DNA from: Haloferacaceae archaeon
Lineage (GTDB): Archaea > Halobacteriota > Halobacteria > Halobacteriales > Haloferacaceae
Assembly (NCBI GenBank): GCA_028274825.1
Contig: JAQCMZ010000385.1
Location: 1 to 31,613 of the forward strand
Direction: 5' to 3'
Length of the DNA stretch: 31,613 nucleotides
The notes under the pieces were generated by a model, which saw only the letters and a list, made by a program, of their open reading frames with translations, made no database searches and was not told the origin of the DNA. The position numbers were made by a program, and so were the translations under genes. Positions 9,250 through 18,270 of the stretch are shown piece by piece; the stretch's first letter is position 1; each line of letters opens with the position of its first letter.

Positions 9250-9861
9250 TCAGGATCCGTTATTTTCACCGGGAGATTCGTCTTCAGACGTGTCTTCCTC
9301 AGCACCATCGTCAGATTCCTCGGCCGAGTGGTTGTCTGATTCATCTGCCTGCATCTCCTCTTCGTCTGCTTCGGGTTGTTCCTCGCTGTCGTCTTCGTCT
9401 GCTTCGGGTTGTTCCTCGCTGTCGTCTTCATCTGCTTCGGGTTGTTCCTCGCTGTCGTCTTCATCTGCTTCGGGGTCCTTGTATTCACCAGTAACATCAA
9501 TCGTCACTGGTCCGTCGTCAGCGGTTTCGCCCTCGTCATCGTTTTCATGGGTTGTGGTGTGTTCTGCGTGAGTTTCTGTTTCGGCGTCGGATTCACTTTG
9601 CTTTTCGATCTCTCCGAGTGTGTATCCGACCACGTAGCCGGCCGACCCGCCAACGAGCGCTCCGAGGCCAGCCCCGAGTGGGCCTCCACGGGCGCCGAAC
9701 ACGGCTCCGGTGAATCCGCCGATACTGGCCAGCCGCTCGGCGTTTCGCTCGGGGGTGATGCCGTCTCCGTCGTGTGTATCGATATGCCCGCCGTCACCGT
9801 CGGTACCGTTGCCGTCGTGCCCGTGACTCTGGCCATGATTACTGTTGTGGTCGTTTCCCAT
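9250..9861 (-). CDS. Hypothetical acidic protein with His-rich N-terminus, glycine-zipper segment and 11-aa repeats
   Basis: The ORF from ATG 9861 has typical haloarchaeal acidic composition, GGFTGAVFGARGGPLGAGLGALVGGSAGYVVG and EQPEADEDDSE repeats. Confidence 0.7.
   Translation of the reverse strand: MGNDHNSNHGQSHGHDGNGTDGDGGHIDTHDGDGITPERNAERLASIGGFTGAVFGARGGPLGAGLGALVGGSAGYVVGYTLGEIEKQSESDAETETHAEHTTTHENDDEGETADDGPVTIDVTGEYKDPEADEDDSEEQPEADEDDSEEQPEADEDDSEEQPEADEEEMQADESDNHSAEESDDGAEEDTSEDESPGENNGS
9361..9474. repeat. 33-nt coding tandem repeat, ~3.5 copies
   Basis: The unit TTCRTCTGCTTCGGGTTGTTCCTCGCTGTCGTC starts at 9361, 9394 and 9427, with a partial copy at 9460. Confidence 0.9.
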
Positions 9862-10117
9862 GACTGCATCTACGGGTTCAACACTCCTATATGGCTCGTC
9901 CTTTGGCGCGAGTTTCATCACCACTGTATGGTGTGATTGCTGAAAGACCCACTGGGGCACCTGAACGGCGACGGTCTCTCGGGGTTACCGTGATTTCACA
10001 CTGAACTGTCTCGGGGCTACTCTCCTGGAACTCGTTTCGACCCGCTGGGAACCACTGTCGACCAGAGATGGCCATAATCGAGATCAAATTCTGGAACCCC
10101 GTTTTTGTGAGCTAGTA

Positions 10118-11428
10118 TCAGACCGGTCCGTGCGTCGCCTCTTCGGGGTCGTCGACAATCTCCATCCCTCGATTATTCACGGCATGCGGGTCGATTCCCA
10201 TGTCTTCCATCTCCTGTTTGTAGATGCGCTCGACGGCGTCGCCGTCTTTCTGCTTGTCGCTGGCACGGTCACACAACGCGATGAGTTCCTCGGGGACGTC
10301 ATCGGTGTCGACAATCCAGTGATTGATCAGATCGGAGAGCCGTCGGATGGGAGAGGTGAAGTGACCGTAGATATCGAAATTGAGCGCGTGATGGCCCCCG
10401 AACGGGTCGTTCATATATTTTGCACGCGGCATCACCTTCAGCACCGCTCGTTGGATCTTGTCGAGTTGCCGTTCCGGTGACTCCTCGAGTGCGCCGTTGA
10501 CTGCTTTTCGGGGGTCGTCCCCGTCCCACGCGGACCCGGGAATAGACACGCCGTTGAGTTCTTGAATCTCCTGAAGTGCGTCGCTCCACTGGTCAGGTGT
10601 CGGCTGTGGATGCACCCGATACATCGCTTCTAACCCTCGGTCCCACATCAACACGTGTGTGACCGCTTTGTTCGCCTTCAGCATCGATTCCTCGATGATG
10701 GTGTGGGCTCGGTCTCGACGGGGATTCAACACCAGTGAACCGTCCTCTTTCCGTTGTTCGTGCATCTGATTGGCCAGCTCGTAAGCCACCGTATTCTCCT
10801 CGTGGAGGGGTGATTCCTCGTCATCGAGTCGCCGCTCGCAATCGTTGTACGTGAGTCGTTCGTTCGAGCGGATTACAGACTTGTAGATATCGACACTCTC
10901 GAACGACAACGTCTCCTTGCTGATCTCCATCTCGACAGTGTGTGCGAGACGGTCTTCCTGCGGCACCAGCGAACAGACTGTCTCTGCCAGTACTGACGGA
11001 AGCATGTGCATCACGTGCCCGGGGAGATAAATCGTGTTACACCGCGAGACAGCCTCTTCCCACATCTGTGTGTCTGGATTCACGTAATGTGTGACATCTG
11101 CGATGTGAACCCACAGTCTGTACGCGTCTTCTTCTTCCTGAATACTGATGGCGTCATCGAAGTCCTCGGCATCCGAGGGATCGGTCGTCCAGGCGGTCAA
11201 CTCTCGGAGATCCTCTCGCTTTTGAGCCTCCGCTTCAATCTCTTCAGTCACCCCCTCGACACGGGCTTGGGCCTCTCGGAGCACTTCAGGCGGGAACTCG
11301 TCGTGGAGATCAAACTCTTCAAACAGTTCCTGTCGTTTCGATTCTAGCTTCTCGGCTCCCTCTTCAGTGACTTTCACGGGCCCCTGATAACTCGGTGATT
11401 GGGCGGCCGCTTGGGCGTCTTCACTCAT
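10118..11428 (-). CDS. rnr: RNase II/R (RNB-domain) exoribonuclease
   Basis: TTDPSDAEDFDDAIS catalytic acidic motif, VHIADVTHYV, IIEESMLKAN, HHALNFDIYGHFTSPIRRLSDL. Start moved to ATG 11428. Confidence 0.92.
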   Translation of the reverse strand: MSEDAQAAAQSPSYQGPVKVTEEGAEKLESKRQELFEEFDLHDEFPPEVLREAQARVEGVTEEIEAEAQKREDLRELTAWTTDPSDAEDFDDAISIQEEEDAYRLWVHIADVTHYVNPDTQMWEEAVSRCNTIYLPGHVMHMLPSVLAETVCSLVPQEDRLAHTVEMEISKETLSFESVDIYKSVIRSNERLTYNDCERRLDDEESPLHEENTVAYELANQMHEQRKEDGSLVLNPRRDRAHTIIEESMLKANKAVTHVLMWDRGLEAMYRVHPQPTPDQWSDALQEIQELNGVSIPGSAWDGDDPRKAVNGALEESPERQLDKIQRAVLKVMPRAKYMNDPFGGHHALNFDIYGHFTSPIRRLSDLINHWIVDTDDVPEELIALCDRASDKQKDGDAVERIYKQEMEDMGIDPHAVNNRGMEIVDDPEEATHGPV

Positions 11429-11568
11429 ACTCAGATATAGCGGGTTTCCCACAAAGACCTGTCGGGGGGACTGACAACCCCGCATTCGTCTCGTGACGGC
11501 TACTTTTGACTTCGTCTCACCTCACCTCACCAGTCGGGCAAAAAACACGACGGAACTGATATCGAAAT

Positions 11569-11892
11569 TCACCGCCCGTTATTCTGGTTTTCCACGGCAG
11601 TGATATACCGCGAGAGGAAGTCCTCTCTCGACGGGTGCTCGGACTCGGGATCTGTTGCCGAATCAGCGGCGGCATCAGACTCGATTGAAATCAGGAGCGA
11701 TTCGAGACCATCGCGTGGCTGATGACACAGTTTCGCGTGGCACCCATTACAGAGGAATTCGAATTCCTTGCCGAGACGATCCCATCGATCACCTTCCTTG
11801 TCGTATTCTCGTGCGTCAGCACGTTCAACACTGTCTCCACACGCGATGCACACTATCATCTGTTCATCCCGGTCTCGCCGGGAACTCCACAT
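11569..11892 (-). CDS. Small conserved haloarchaeal Zn-finger-like protein (CxxC...CxxC)
   Basis: MWSSRRDRDEQMIVCIACG...FLCNGCH...PRDGLE, acidic. Start at ATG 11892. Confidence 0.75.
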   Translation of the reverse strand: MWSSRRDRDEQMIVCIACGDSVERADAREYDKEGDRWDRLGKEFEFLCNGCHAKLCHQPRDGLESLLISIESDAAADSATDPESEHPSREDFLSRYITAVENQNNGR

Positions 11893-12246
11893 GTGCGAGC
11901 TCACGTATGCTTTGTACTTATCCGTTTCGAGGCTTCCAATTATCATCCACCAGCGAGTTGTAGAGTCGCGATTCACTCACTCGGCGAGATCTCGACCGAG
12001 TGAGTCGATACCGTCTCTCACAAAGACTGTCGCGTTCGCTGGCAGTTACGGGACACTGACCCACTGCTGGAGGATATCCCCAGCCATGGCGAGTTCCAGA
12101 ACGGGATGGTCTGCGACGATGCCTGTGTGAGACATTGCCGCCGACGGCACAGATCCAACCCTCTCACACCGGCCGTACACGATTCTCGACCCGTCACCTG
12201 ACCTGAAACGGGGCGATTTATGCCGAGCGAGAGCGTCCTACCACGC

Positions 12247-12726
12247 ATGCAAGTCAAATCGAGACACCATCTCCGCAGCGACGGGGTGCAAGAGATTCGC
12301 GAGACGCTTGCTGCTGGTCTTGATGTCAATATCTCGGGGGATTCTTTTGAACTTGTGGAACTCGAGGGAACCGATTTCGACCTCGTACTGGTCGACGGTG
12401 AGCCGCTCGTCTTCTATGCTAACGAGGAACCGTTTCTCTCGGTGAAAGGTGCAAACACCTACGATCCCGATTCTCACGTCATCACGGTCGATACTGGTGC
12501 GATATCGTTCGTCTCCGACGGTGCAGACGTGATGCGGCCCGGAATCGTGGACGCAGATACTGATATTACTGCGGGCGATCTCGTCGCGATTGCCGAGGAA
12601 AGTCATAACAAAATCCTGGCAATCGGCCGAGCGCTCGTCGACGGTCCCGCTCTCGCCGGTGACTCGGGAAAAGTTGTCGAATCAGTCCATCACGTCGGTG
12701 ACGATCTCTACGAATTCGGGATCTGA
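12247..12726 (+). CDS. PUA-domain RNA-binding protein (MCT-1/Tma20-like, DUF1947+PUA)
   Basis: MQVKSRHHLRSD, VDTGAISFVSDGADVMRPGIV, GKVVESVHHVGD. TTTA at 12217-12220 supports the leaderless start at 12247. Confidence 0.88.
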   Translation: MQVKSRHHLRSDGVQEIRETLAAGLDVNISGDSFELVELEGTDFDLVLVDGEPLVFYANEEPFLSVKGANTYDPDSHVITVDTGAISFVSDGADVMRPGIVDADTDITAGDLVAIAEESHNKILAIGRALVDGPALAGDSGKVVESVHHVGDDLYEFGI

Positions 12727-12924
12727 TTGTCACACAACGGGATTGTGCCCTTTTGTTCTGTCTCGACGGCGGCGAAGCGACCGCCGACTTCCCCAGTAGT
12801 GGGATAACGCCAACACCGATTCGTATACACGTGTTCTACGCGAGTGTCGACCGGTGAATTCACACAGTTCGTGTTACATCTGGAGTGGATACGTGATATG
12901 CTGTCGTGGGACCGCTACAGGAGA

Positions 12925-12967
12925 AACGCGGGGAGAGTCCACGGCTTTAGCCGTGGGAAGATATCAA
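12925..12967 (+). mobile_element. Solo IS200/IS605-type right end (TCAA class)
   Basis: CCACGGC-TTTA-GCCGTGG hairpin followed by GAAGATATCAA. About 40 nt align with the 6635 right end (ACGCGGxGxAxxCCACGGCTTTAGCyGTGGGA). Confidence 0.75.
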
Positions 12968-13321
12968 TCAGGCTCACGACGGCTACATGCGGGTCTCTTC
13001 AGTTTCACTCACACGCCATAGTGGACCTCCCGTGGCTGCCTCGATAGTGACAGCGAGACTGTAGACCGACCGTGATGAGTACACCATTCAACTCTACCCC
13101 GATGAGCAGCCACTGTCAGAATCACGCTCAAAACTGCTCGTATGAGCGTCTCTCGCGAATCGTGTGGGGTTTGTTCCTGTTCCTATCCCACTGTGCTGCT
13201 CACCTCGCCGTAGTGTTTTTCACATCGATGAGTCCCCCGCAGAGGCTGATCACCCATCGCGGCCGGAACTCTTCTCAAAAAGAGAGTTATCTTTAGGTCT
13301 CAACACATAGATTGCCCAACT

Positions 13322-14083
13322 ATGACTGAGACACGGGTACTATCGTACAATGTCCGTCACGCAGACGCCGACGACGGGCATGACCGGTGGTACAACCGGC
13401 GTGACGCCGTGGGCTCTCTGCTCGGGGCGCACGCCCCCGACATCTTCGCTCTTCAAGAGGCACTCTCCGAACAGACCGCTTTTCTCGACGATCAACTCGA
13501 AACGTACCGATTTCTTGAGGGGGCTCCTGATGGACACGCAGAGGGATGCCCGATTGCGTGGCGGACAGATCGGTTCGAGCGTGTCGACGACGGCATTTTC
13601 TGGCTCTCTGAAGCCCCCGAAGCGGAGACACCTGCTGCCGGGTGGGACGGCAGATACTCCCGGATCGCCGTCTGGGCCCGACTCCAGGACACTGACGGGG
13701 AGTTTCTCGTCATGAATACACACTTTGATCACCGTGGGGACCGGGCTCGCCGCAAGAGTGCAGCTCTGATTCGTGACCGACTTCAGAATCTTGCTGCCAG
13801 TATTCCCTCACTGCTCGTGGGCGATCTCAACTGCACCTCTGGAGCCGATCCGTACGACATTCTCACAGAACAACTCGCCGATGCAGCTGACGAAGCAGCT
13901 GTTCGCCACGGTCCGACGACATCGCTGACCGACTTCAGTCGTCTTCTGCTCAACCGTCGCATTGATCACATTCTGGCCGACGGATTCGAAGTGGCCGCGT
14001 TTGCAACTCTCAGCGACCGGGACGACCGCGGCCGATATCCCTCGGATCATCTCCCGGTGATGGCTCGACTGCAGCGGCCATGA
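13322..14083 (+). CDS. Endonuclease/exonuclease/phosphatase (EEP) family protein
   Basis: LSYNVR, DIFALQE, NTHFDH, LLVGDLN, RRIDHI and PSDHLPV catalytic motifs. Confidence 0.9.
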   Translation: MTETRVLSYNVRHADADDGHDRWYNRRDAVGSLLGAHAPDIFALQEALSEQTAFLDDQLETYRFLEGAPDGHAEGCPIAWRTDRFERVDDGIFWLSEAPEAETPAAGWDGRYSRIAVWARLQDTDGEFLVMNTHFDHRGDRARRKSAALIRDRLQNLAASIPSLLVGDLNCTSGADPYDILTEQLADAADEAAVRHGPTTSLTDFSRLLLNRRIDHILADGFEVAAFATLSDRDDRGRYPSDHLPVMARLQRP

Positions 14084-14213
14084 GCGGTATTCGGTGGGGA
14101 TCGACCAATCCATTGGCGTGTCAACACGACTGTCAGTCTCGATAGCCGGCCACCGGCGACGGATTCAGTATCCGTTCGCAGTCTCGACTTCTGACGTGCC
14201 CCCGTGACTGACA

Positions 14214-14927
14214 TCACTCCCCTGTCGTGGTATCGGCTTCATCGACGGTGTCGGAATACTGCGCGACGGCGTCTTCCCACCCTTGAACGGCGTGTTCGTA
14301 GGTGTCTTGCAGATCGGTAATCGGTGTCTTGGTAGCGTCGACTCGGAGATCGTCATAGTAGGGGTCTCCCATCTCGGAGGAGCGTGTCGTTTTGACGATG
14401 AGTGCCGCCGAGTGAATCGGGAATTCCTCCCGCTTATCACCGCCCTTCTCATGGCCGGCCTCAAGAGCCTCGATTAGACGCTCGGCCAGTGGACGCTCGC
14501 CGAACGCGTCTGATTCGTATACTGCGGCAGTTTCAGTGACGACCTCTTCTCCGGTTAAGAGGTTGCCAGCAACGGTGAAGTTTGCTCCTTCGACGTGTCC
14601 ATACCACGGTTTACACTCGTCTCCAGAGAAAGCGAATGTCTCCTCGCTGTCGACACCGTGCACCTGGCGTTGAGGCTGGCCTTCATCGGCGTTCAACAGG
14701 GCCTGAAGCGCATCCTCAATGCCGAGTCCGTCGTCGAGGTACTCAACTCCATTTCGACCGAGTTCTACGTTCACTAACGACTGCGTCGCCACTACCCCGT
14801 TTTTTGACGCGAACGGACACAGTGTCCCCACTCCCGGCAATCGCGTCGTTACTGCGACTCCGAACCGCATCTGGTTGCTCCCTCTCTCGTCGGTGTACCG
14901 CTCACGGACACAGATGCTGAACGTCAC
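14214..14927 (-). CDS. DUF1028 family (Ntn-hydrolase-like) protein
   Basis: N-terminal TFSI, GVVATQS, RQVHGVD, TVAGNLL, GGDKR and DLRVD motifs. GTG start with TTTTTCC ~30 nt upstream. Confidence 0.85.
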   Translation of the reverse strand: MTFSICVRERYTDERGSNQMRFGVAVTTRLPGVGTLCPFASKNGVVATQSLVNVELGRNGVEYLDDGLGIEDALQALLNADEGQPQRQVHGVDSEETFAFSGDECKPWYGHVEGANFTVAGNLLTGEEVVTETAAVYESDAFGERPLAERLIEALEAGHEKGGDKREEFPIHSAALIVKTTRSSEMGDPYYDDLRVDATKTPITDLQDTYEHAVQGWEDAVAQYSDTVDEADTTTGE

Positions 14928-15638
14928 AGATGAATAGAGTTATTCTGAGGGAAAAAGTCGGGCGATTAAGCACCGAAAGCGGTAGACGAGCGGGTCAAAT
15001 ACTCTGAGATTGTGCCCCCGACGGCTCTCCTGGTGCAGCGCGAACCTATCAACCCGGCGGCGGCGATTTATCCAGTCTCACCCGATCAATTCATCCGCTG
15101 ATATCCTCCCCTCGCTGTACTGGCTCGTGAGCGGGTTTGAACAACTGGTGTGGTGTGACACAGTCGATAGCGCCTCTGAGTCACACTTGTGAGTTCCCCA
15201 ATAGGGACCGGGACACCCCTTCACCAGAGGTCAGTGATATCTGTGGAGTGGCCAGGAATCACCGTTCTATAGGCGGAACAGGCCGAGTGTGAGGGGTCGG
15301 ACGGAACTCTTCGAGGAGTGATGACGAGAATCGGCGATTCTCGACGGATGCCCCCGAGGGTGAAGGCCGTCGAAGGATTCATTCAACCACGTGACGGAGC
15401 AGGAGCGAGCGGCTGTGACGGATATTGAAGACCTCAGTATGAAACAGTCGCTCGACAGTGTGAAACGTGGCTTCTCTCAAGACCCGCCGCTGGCGGTGCG
15501 ACGGGAGTTGTCGGGTCGTGGTGGAGCGACCTCCACGGACACATCGGTGTGTTCGGGTGTGAATTCCAGCCGGCTCCTCACGGACAACGTTGAGGGCAAT
15601 TACAGTCTGTCGCTGGTGCAGTGCGGCCCTACACACGG

Positions 15639-15670
15639 AAGCCTCGGGGCTTGTCCCCGAGGGACTTCAC
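15639..15670 (+). mobile_element. Solo IS200/IS605-type end (TCAC class)
   Basis: AAG-CCTCGGGG-CTTGT-CCCCGAGG-GACTTCAC, the hairpin plus short tail pattern typical of haloarchaeal IS605-family ends. Confidence 0.7.
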
Positions 15671-15734
15671 ACCGGCTGTGGTATGTCTCCTGTCTGACGT
15701 AAGAACTAACACTCCGACCCAGCGAATTAATGCT

Positions 15735-16088
15735 ATGGGTATCATGAGCAAGATTTTCGGGGCGGATGGACACCGATCCGTTGATGATTACGTTGAACTC
15801 GAACTAGACGATTTCGCGGACACACCGGAGGCAACCGGACTACAGGTGCATATCGCCGAGATTGGGGAAAAACAGGATATCATTCCGATCAAGGACGCTG
15901 TCTACGACGGTGACTTCGTGATTGCTGATGTGACGCGACACTCGACGTCTGACCGGACTGTCGAACACATTATCGACGAACTCCGCCAGGTGGCTCGTGA
16001 AGTCAACGGCGATATAGTGCAGAAAGGCGACGACCAACTCATTATCACGCCGTCCGGCGTAACTGTCTCGCGAAAAAAACTCGATTGA
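15735..16088 (+). CDS. sepF: Cell division protein SepF
   Basis: MGIMSKIFG, DYVELELDDF, IKDAVYDGDFVIAD, VNGDIVQKGDDQLIITPSGVTVSRKKL. Confidence 0.92.
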   Translation: MGIMSKIFGADGHRSVDDYVELELDDFADTPEATGLQVHIAEIGEKQDIIPIKDAVYDGDFVIADVTRHSTSDRTVEHIIDELRQVAREVNGDIVQKGDDQLIITPSGVTVSRKKLD

Positions 16089-16405
16089 CCGGCGAAATGC
16101 GGTGAGATCTGCTGATATACGCACCCACCGAGTGACGATTCCGGTCCCAACAAGTGTTTTACAAAACCCGTATTCGTGTGTATCTAGCCTGTGTGGACAG
16201 GTGATACCGACTGACGAGAAATTCCGAATTTCAGAGAGATGAGACGGTAACGTCTCTGCGAGTCCGTCACGACGAATGTGCGCCTGGGATATCTCAGCCT
16301 CACACGGACAATTCGGCCGGTGTATACGCCTGATATAGTGGTTATCTGTGGATCAGCTATCAGGCCACTTTGATCACGGCGCCTAATACCGGTATAATGG
16401 GGCAA

Positions 16406-17410
16406 TCAGCTTGCCTCAGACGAGTGATCCGGGTTTTCACCGTCAGCGCTCGCCACCTCGAGATACACGTCACGATATCGCCGGATCTTCACGAAAAGGA
16501 TACTCCCGATGATCCCGACGAACACAGAGATATACACAATGAACGCGCCAATTGGCGGGAGTCCGGTGAGCCCAGCGATTGCCGCCGATCCCACGCCGAC
16601 CGTCGAATTATACGTTGCGTGTAACAATCCGGCGACGACCAACCCCTTAATCACGATGGGTCCACGGTTTCCAGGGTTGAATTTGGCAAGCCCGAGATAA
16701 TATCCCGCAAACGCGGAGTAAATCACGTGACCTGGCCCTGCAAGCGCCCGGAGGGCAGTGATTCCGTCGCCCGCACCCACGAGAGTGACACCGAGTCCAA
16801 GTTCGGCAGCATCGACATTGTTGATAATATATAGCGAGTTCTCGATACTGGCAAAGCCGAGGCCGGCAACAGCACCGTACACTGTGCCATTAATCACAGC
16901 ATCAAACCGGGTGTCATTGTACGCGTACAATCGGACAGCTAACAGTTTCACACTCTCCTCAACCGGCGCGACAATAACGAAGTAAAATAACACGACCCCG
17001 AGTGGGCCGATGGAGACGAACAGCGGCCGTGTAGCGGAGTTGATCACCGCTGCAAAGCCCGCTGTCAGCACGGCTAACAGAAACGTCGCCACCAGCAGCG
17101 TGAGTGGTTCCCGGTCTGTCACATCTGTATACCATACATACGCGGTCAGCCCGAACGCCGGGATAACTGACAACAGCGTCAACACGCCGATTGCCGGCTC
17201 GACGAAGAGCCCAATCCCGACCTGCCCGACAATCGTGAGCAGGATCACCAGTGCGGCCAACACGACGACGGCTTTTGCCGACCGAACTGCTAGCCAATGC
17301 ATCGCCACTGAAAGCCCGTCCAACGAGGAACGCTCCTCCCAGGTGACAATCCCGTACAGATCCCGAGACCCATCAGAGGCTTCTTCCACTGGGTCTCTCT
17401 GTGAAGTCAT
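16406..17410 (-). CDS. prsW: PrsW-family intramembrane metalloprotease
   Basis: APVEESVK (EExxK), GFASIENSLY, GHVIYS and LLHATYN motifs, multi-TM. The start may be at 17410 or 17431. Confidence 0.88.
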   Translation of the reverse strand: MTSQRDPVEEASDGSRDLYGIVTWEERSSLDGLSVAMHWLAVRSAKAVVVLAALVILLTIVGQVGIGLFVEPAIGVLTLLSVIPAFGLTAYVWYTDVTDREPLTLLVATFLLAVLTAGFAAVINSATRPLFVSIGPLGVVLFYFVIVAPVEESVKLLAVRLYAYNDTRFDAVINGTVYGAVAGLGFASIENSLYIINNVDAAELGLGVTLVGAGDGITALRALAGPGHVIYSAFAGYYLGLAKFNPGNRGPIVIKGLVVAGLLHATYNSTVGVGSAAIAGLTGLPPIGAFIVYISVFVGIIGSILFVKIRRYRDVYLEVASADGENPDHSSEAS

Positions 17411-17895
17411 ATGATAGTGTTTTTTCCCCAAATATATGGGTTATTGCCTGCCAGTATTCTGAGTCAGCGCCCCCCATCCGTTCTCCATCACCACCGGAGA
17501 AGGGTTCCACCCGACTCACGTCATGCCGGTGTTGATGACCCGGTCGGTGACGGTCCACCGATTGTGCCCGTCTCGGTCGTGTCATCGGGATTGATTGCCG
17601 TCGCGGCCTGATACCCCGGTGACTACTGCCACCGGGATATCCGAGCGCTCGGTCACCATTGTCACCAGAATATCCGAATTCTTGAAGGAACCCCTGTCAT
17701 CGACGCGTGACGAGGGTACGAATCCGAGAGTTGGCGTTCACCGGTAATGAGCAAGACGAAAGAATCCCCGCCACCCTACGAGAGCGCCGTGAGTGTCACT
17801 TTCCTCGAGAGTTTTCACCGGGAGATGACCTCTGTTCTCTCCGCATCATCGCTCACGACCAACACACTTGAATTGATCCCGACCCATGGTCTTGT

Positions 17896-18270
17896 ATGCA
17901 CTTTGACCCGCGCACCCAGCAGGCACTGCGCGAAACAGGCCTCGAGACGGAGACAATCGAGACGGTGAGCGCCCGGGTCGCCGAGTTAGTTCGAGACGAC
18001 GCCGACGCCATCGAATCGTTCTTTTCAGATCGCGAGACCACGTATTCGGATCTGCCTGTTGCACACAGCAGTTCCGATATTATCGAACACGACGTGGAAT
18101 ATATCGATCTTTACACACACAGCGCGGACCTCCGCGGCTATCTCAAGTTTGACGGCTGGGGAGTCCCGGTCGAGGACGGACGAGTCCTGTCGGACGGGCT
18201 GGTCGAACTCACGCTGGGGGGCACAGTTGGCGAGCGCGTGCGATTCGCCGCGACGCGGGATCGAGTATGA
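17896..18270 (+). CDS. Conserved haloarchaeal hypothetical protein, coupled to fau-1
   Basis: Acidic ORF (MHFDPRTQQALRE...DLRGYLKFDGWGVPVEDGRVL). TTGAAT lies ~29 nt upstream, and the stop overlaps the next ATG (ATGA). Confidence 0.75.
   Translation: MHFDPRTQQALRETGLETETIETVSARVAELVRDDADAIESFFSDRETTYSDLPVAHSSSDIIEHDVEYIDLYTHSADLRGYLKFDGWGVPVEDGRVLSDGLVELTLGGTVGERVRFAATRDRV

Noticed and set aside
9361-9474. Possible CRISPR array
   Set aside because: The repeats are contiguous with no spacers, in-frame in a CDS, and there are no cas genes.
9237-9936. Alternative-frame ORFs over the 33-nt repeat (KQMKTTARNNP, SSSSASGCSSL, FLAVVFICFGL repeats)
   Set aside because: They are by-products of the repeat. 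The acidic frame fits haloarchaeal composition best.
13072-13296. 74-aa ORF and opposite-strand hydrophobic fragment upstream of the EEP gene
   Set aside because: Non-acidic composition, no start context and no motif.
17560-17720. Minus-strand fragment ...MVTERSDIPVAVVTG resembling a USP or receiver C-terminus
   Set aside because: The similarity is too short, with no convincing start or full domain. It could be a decayed gene but is unsupported.
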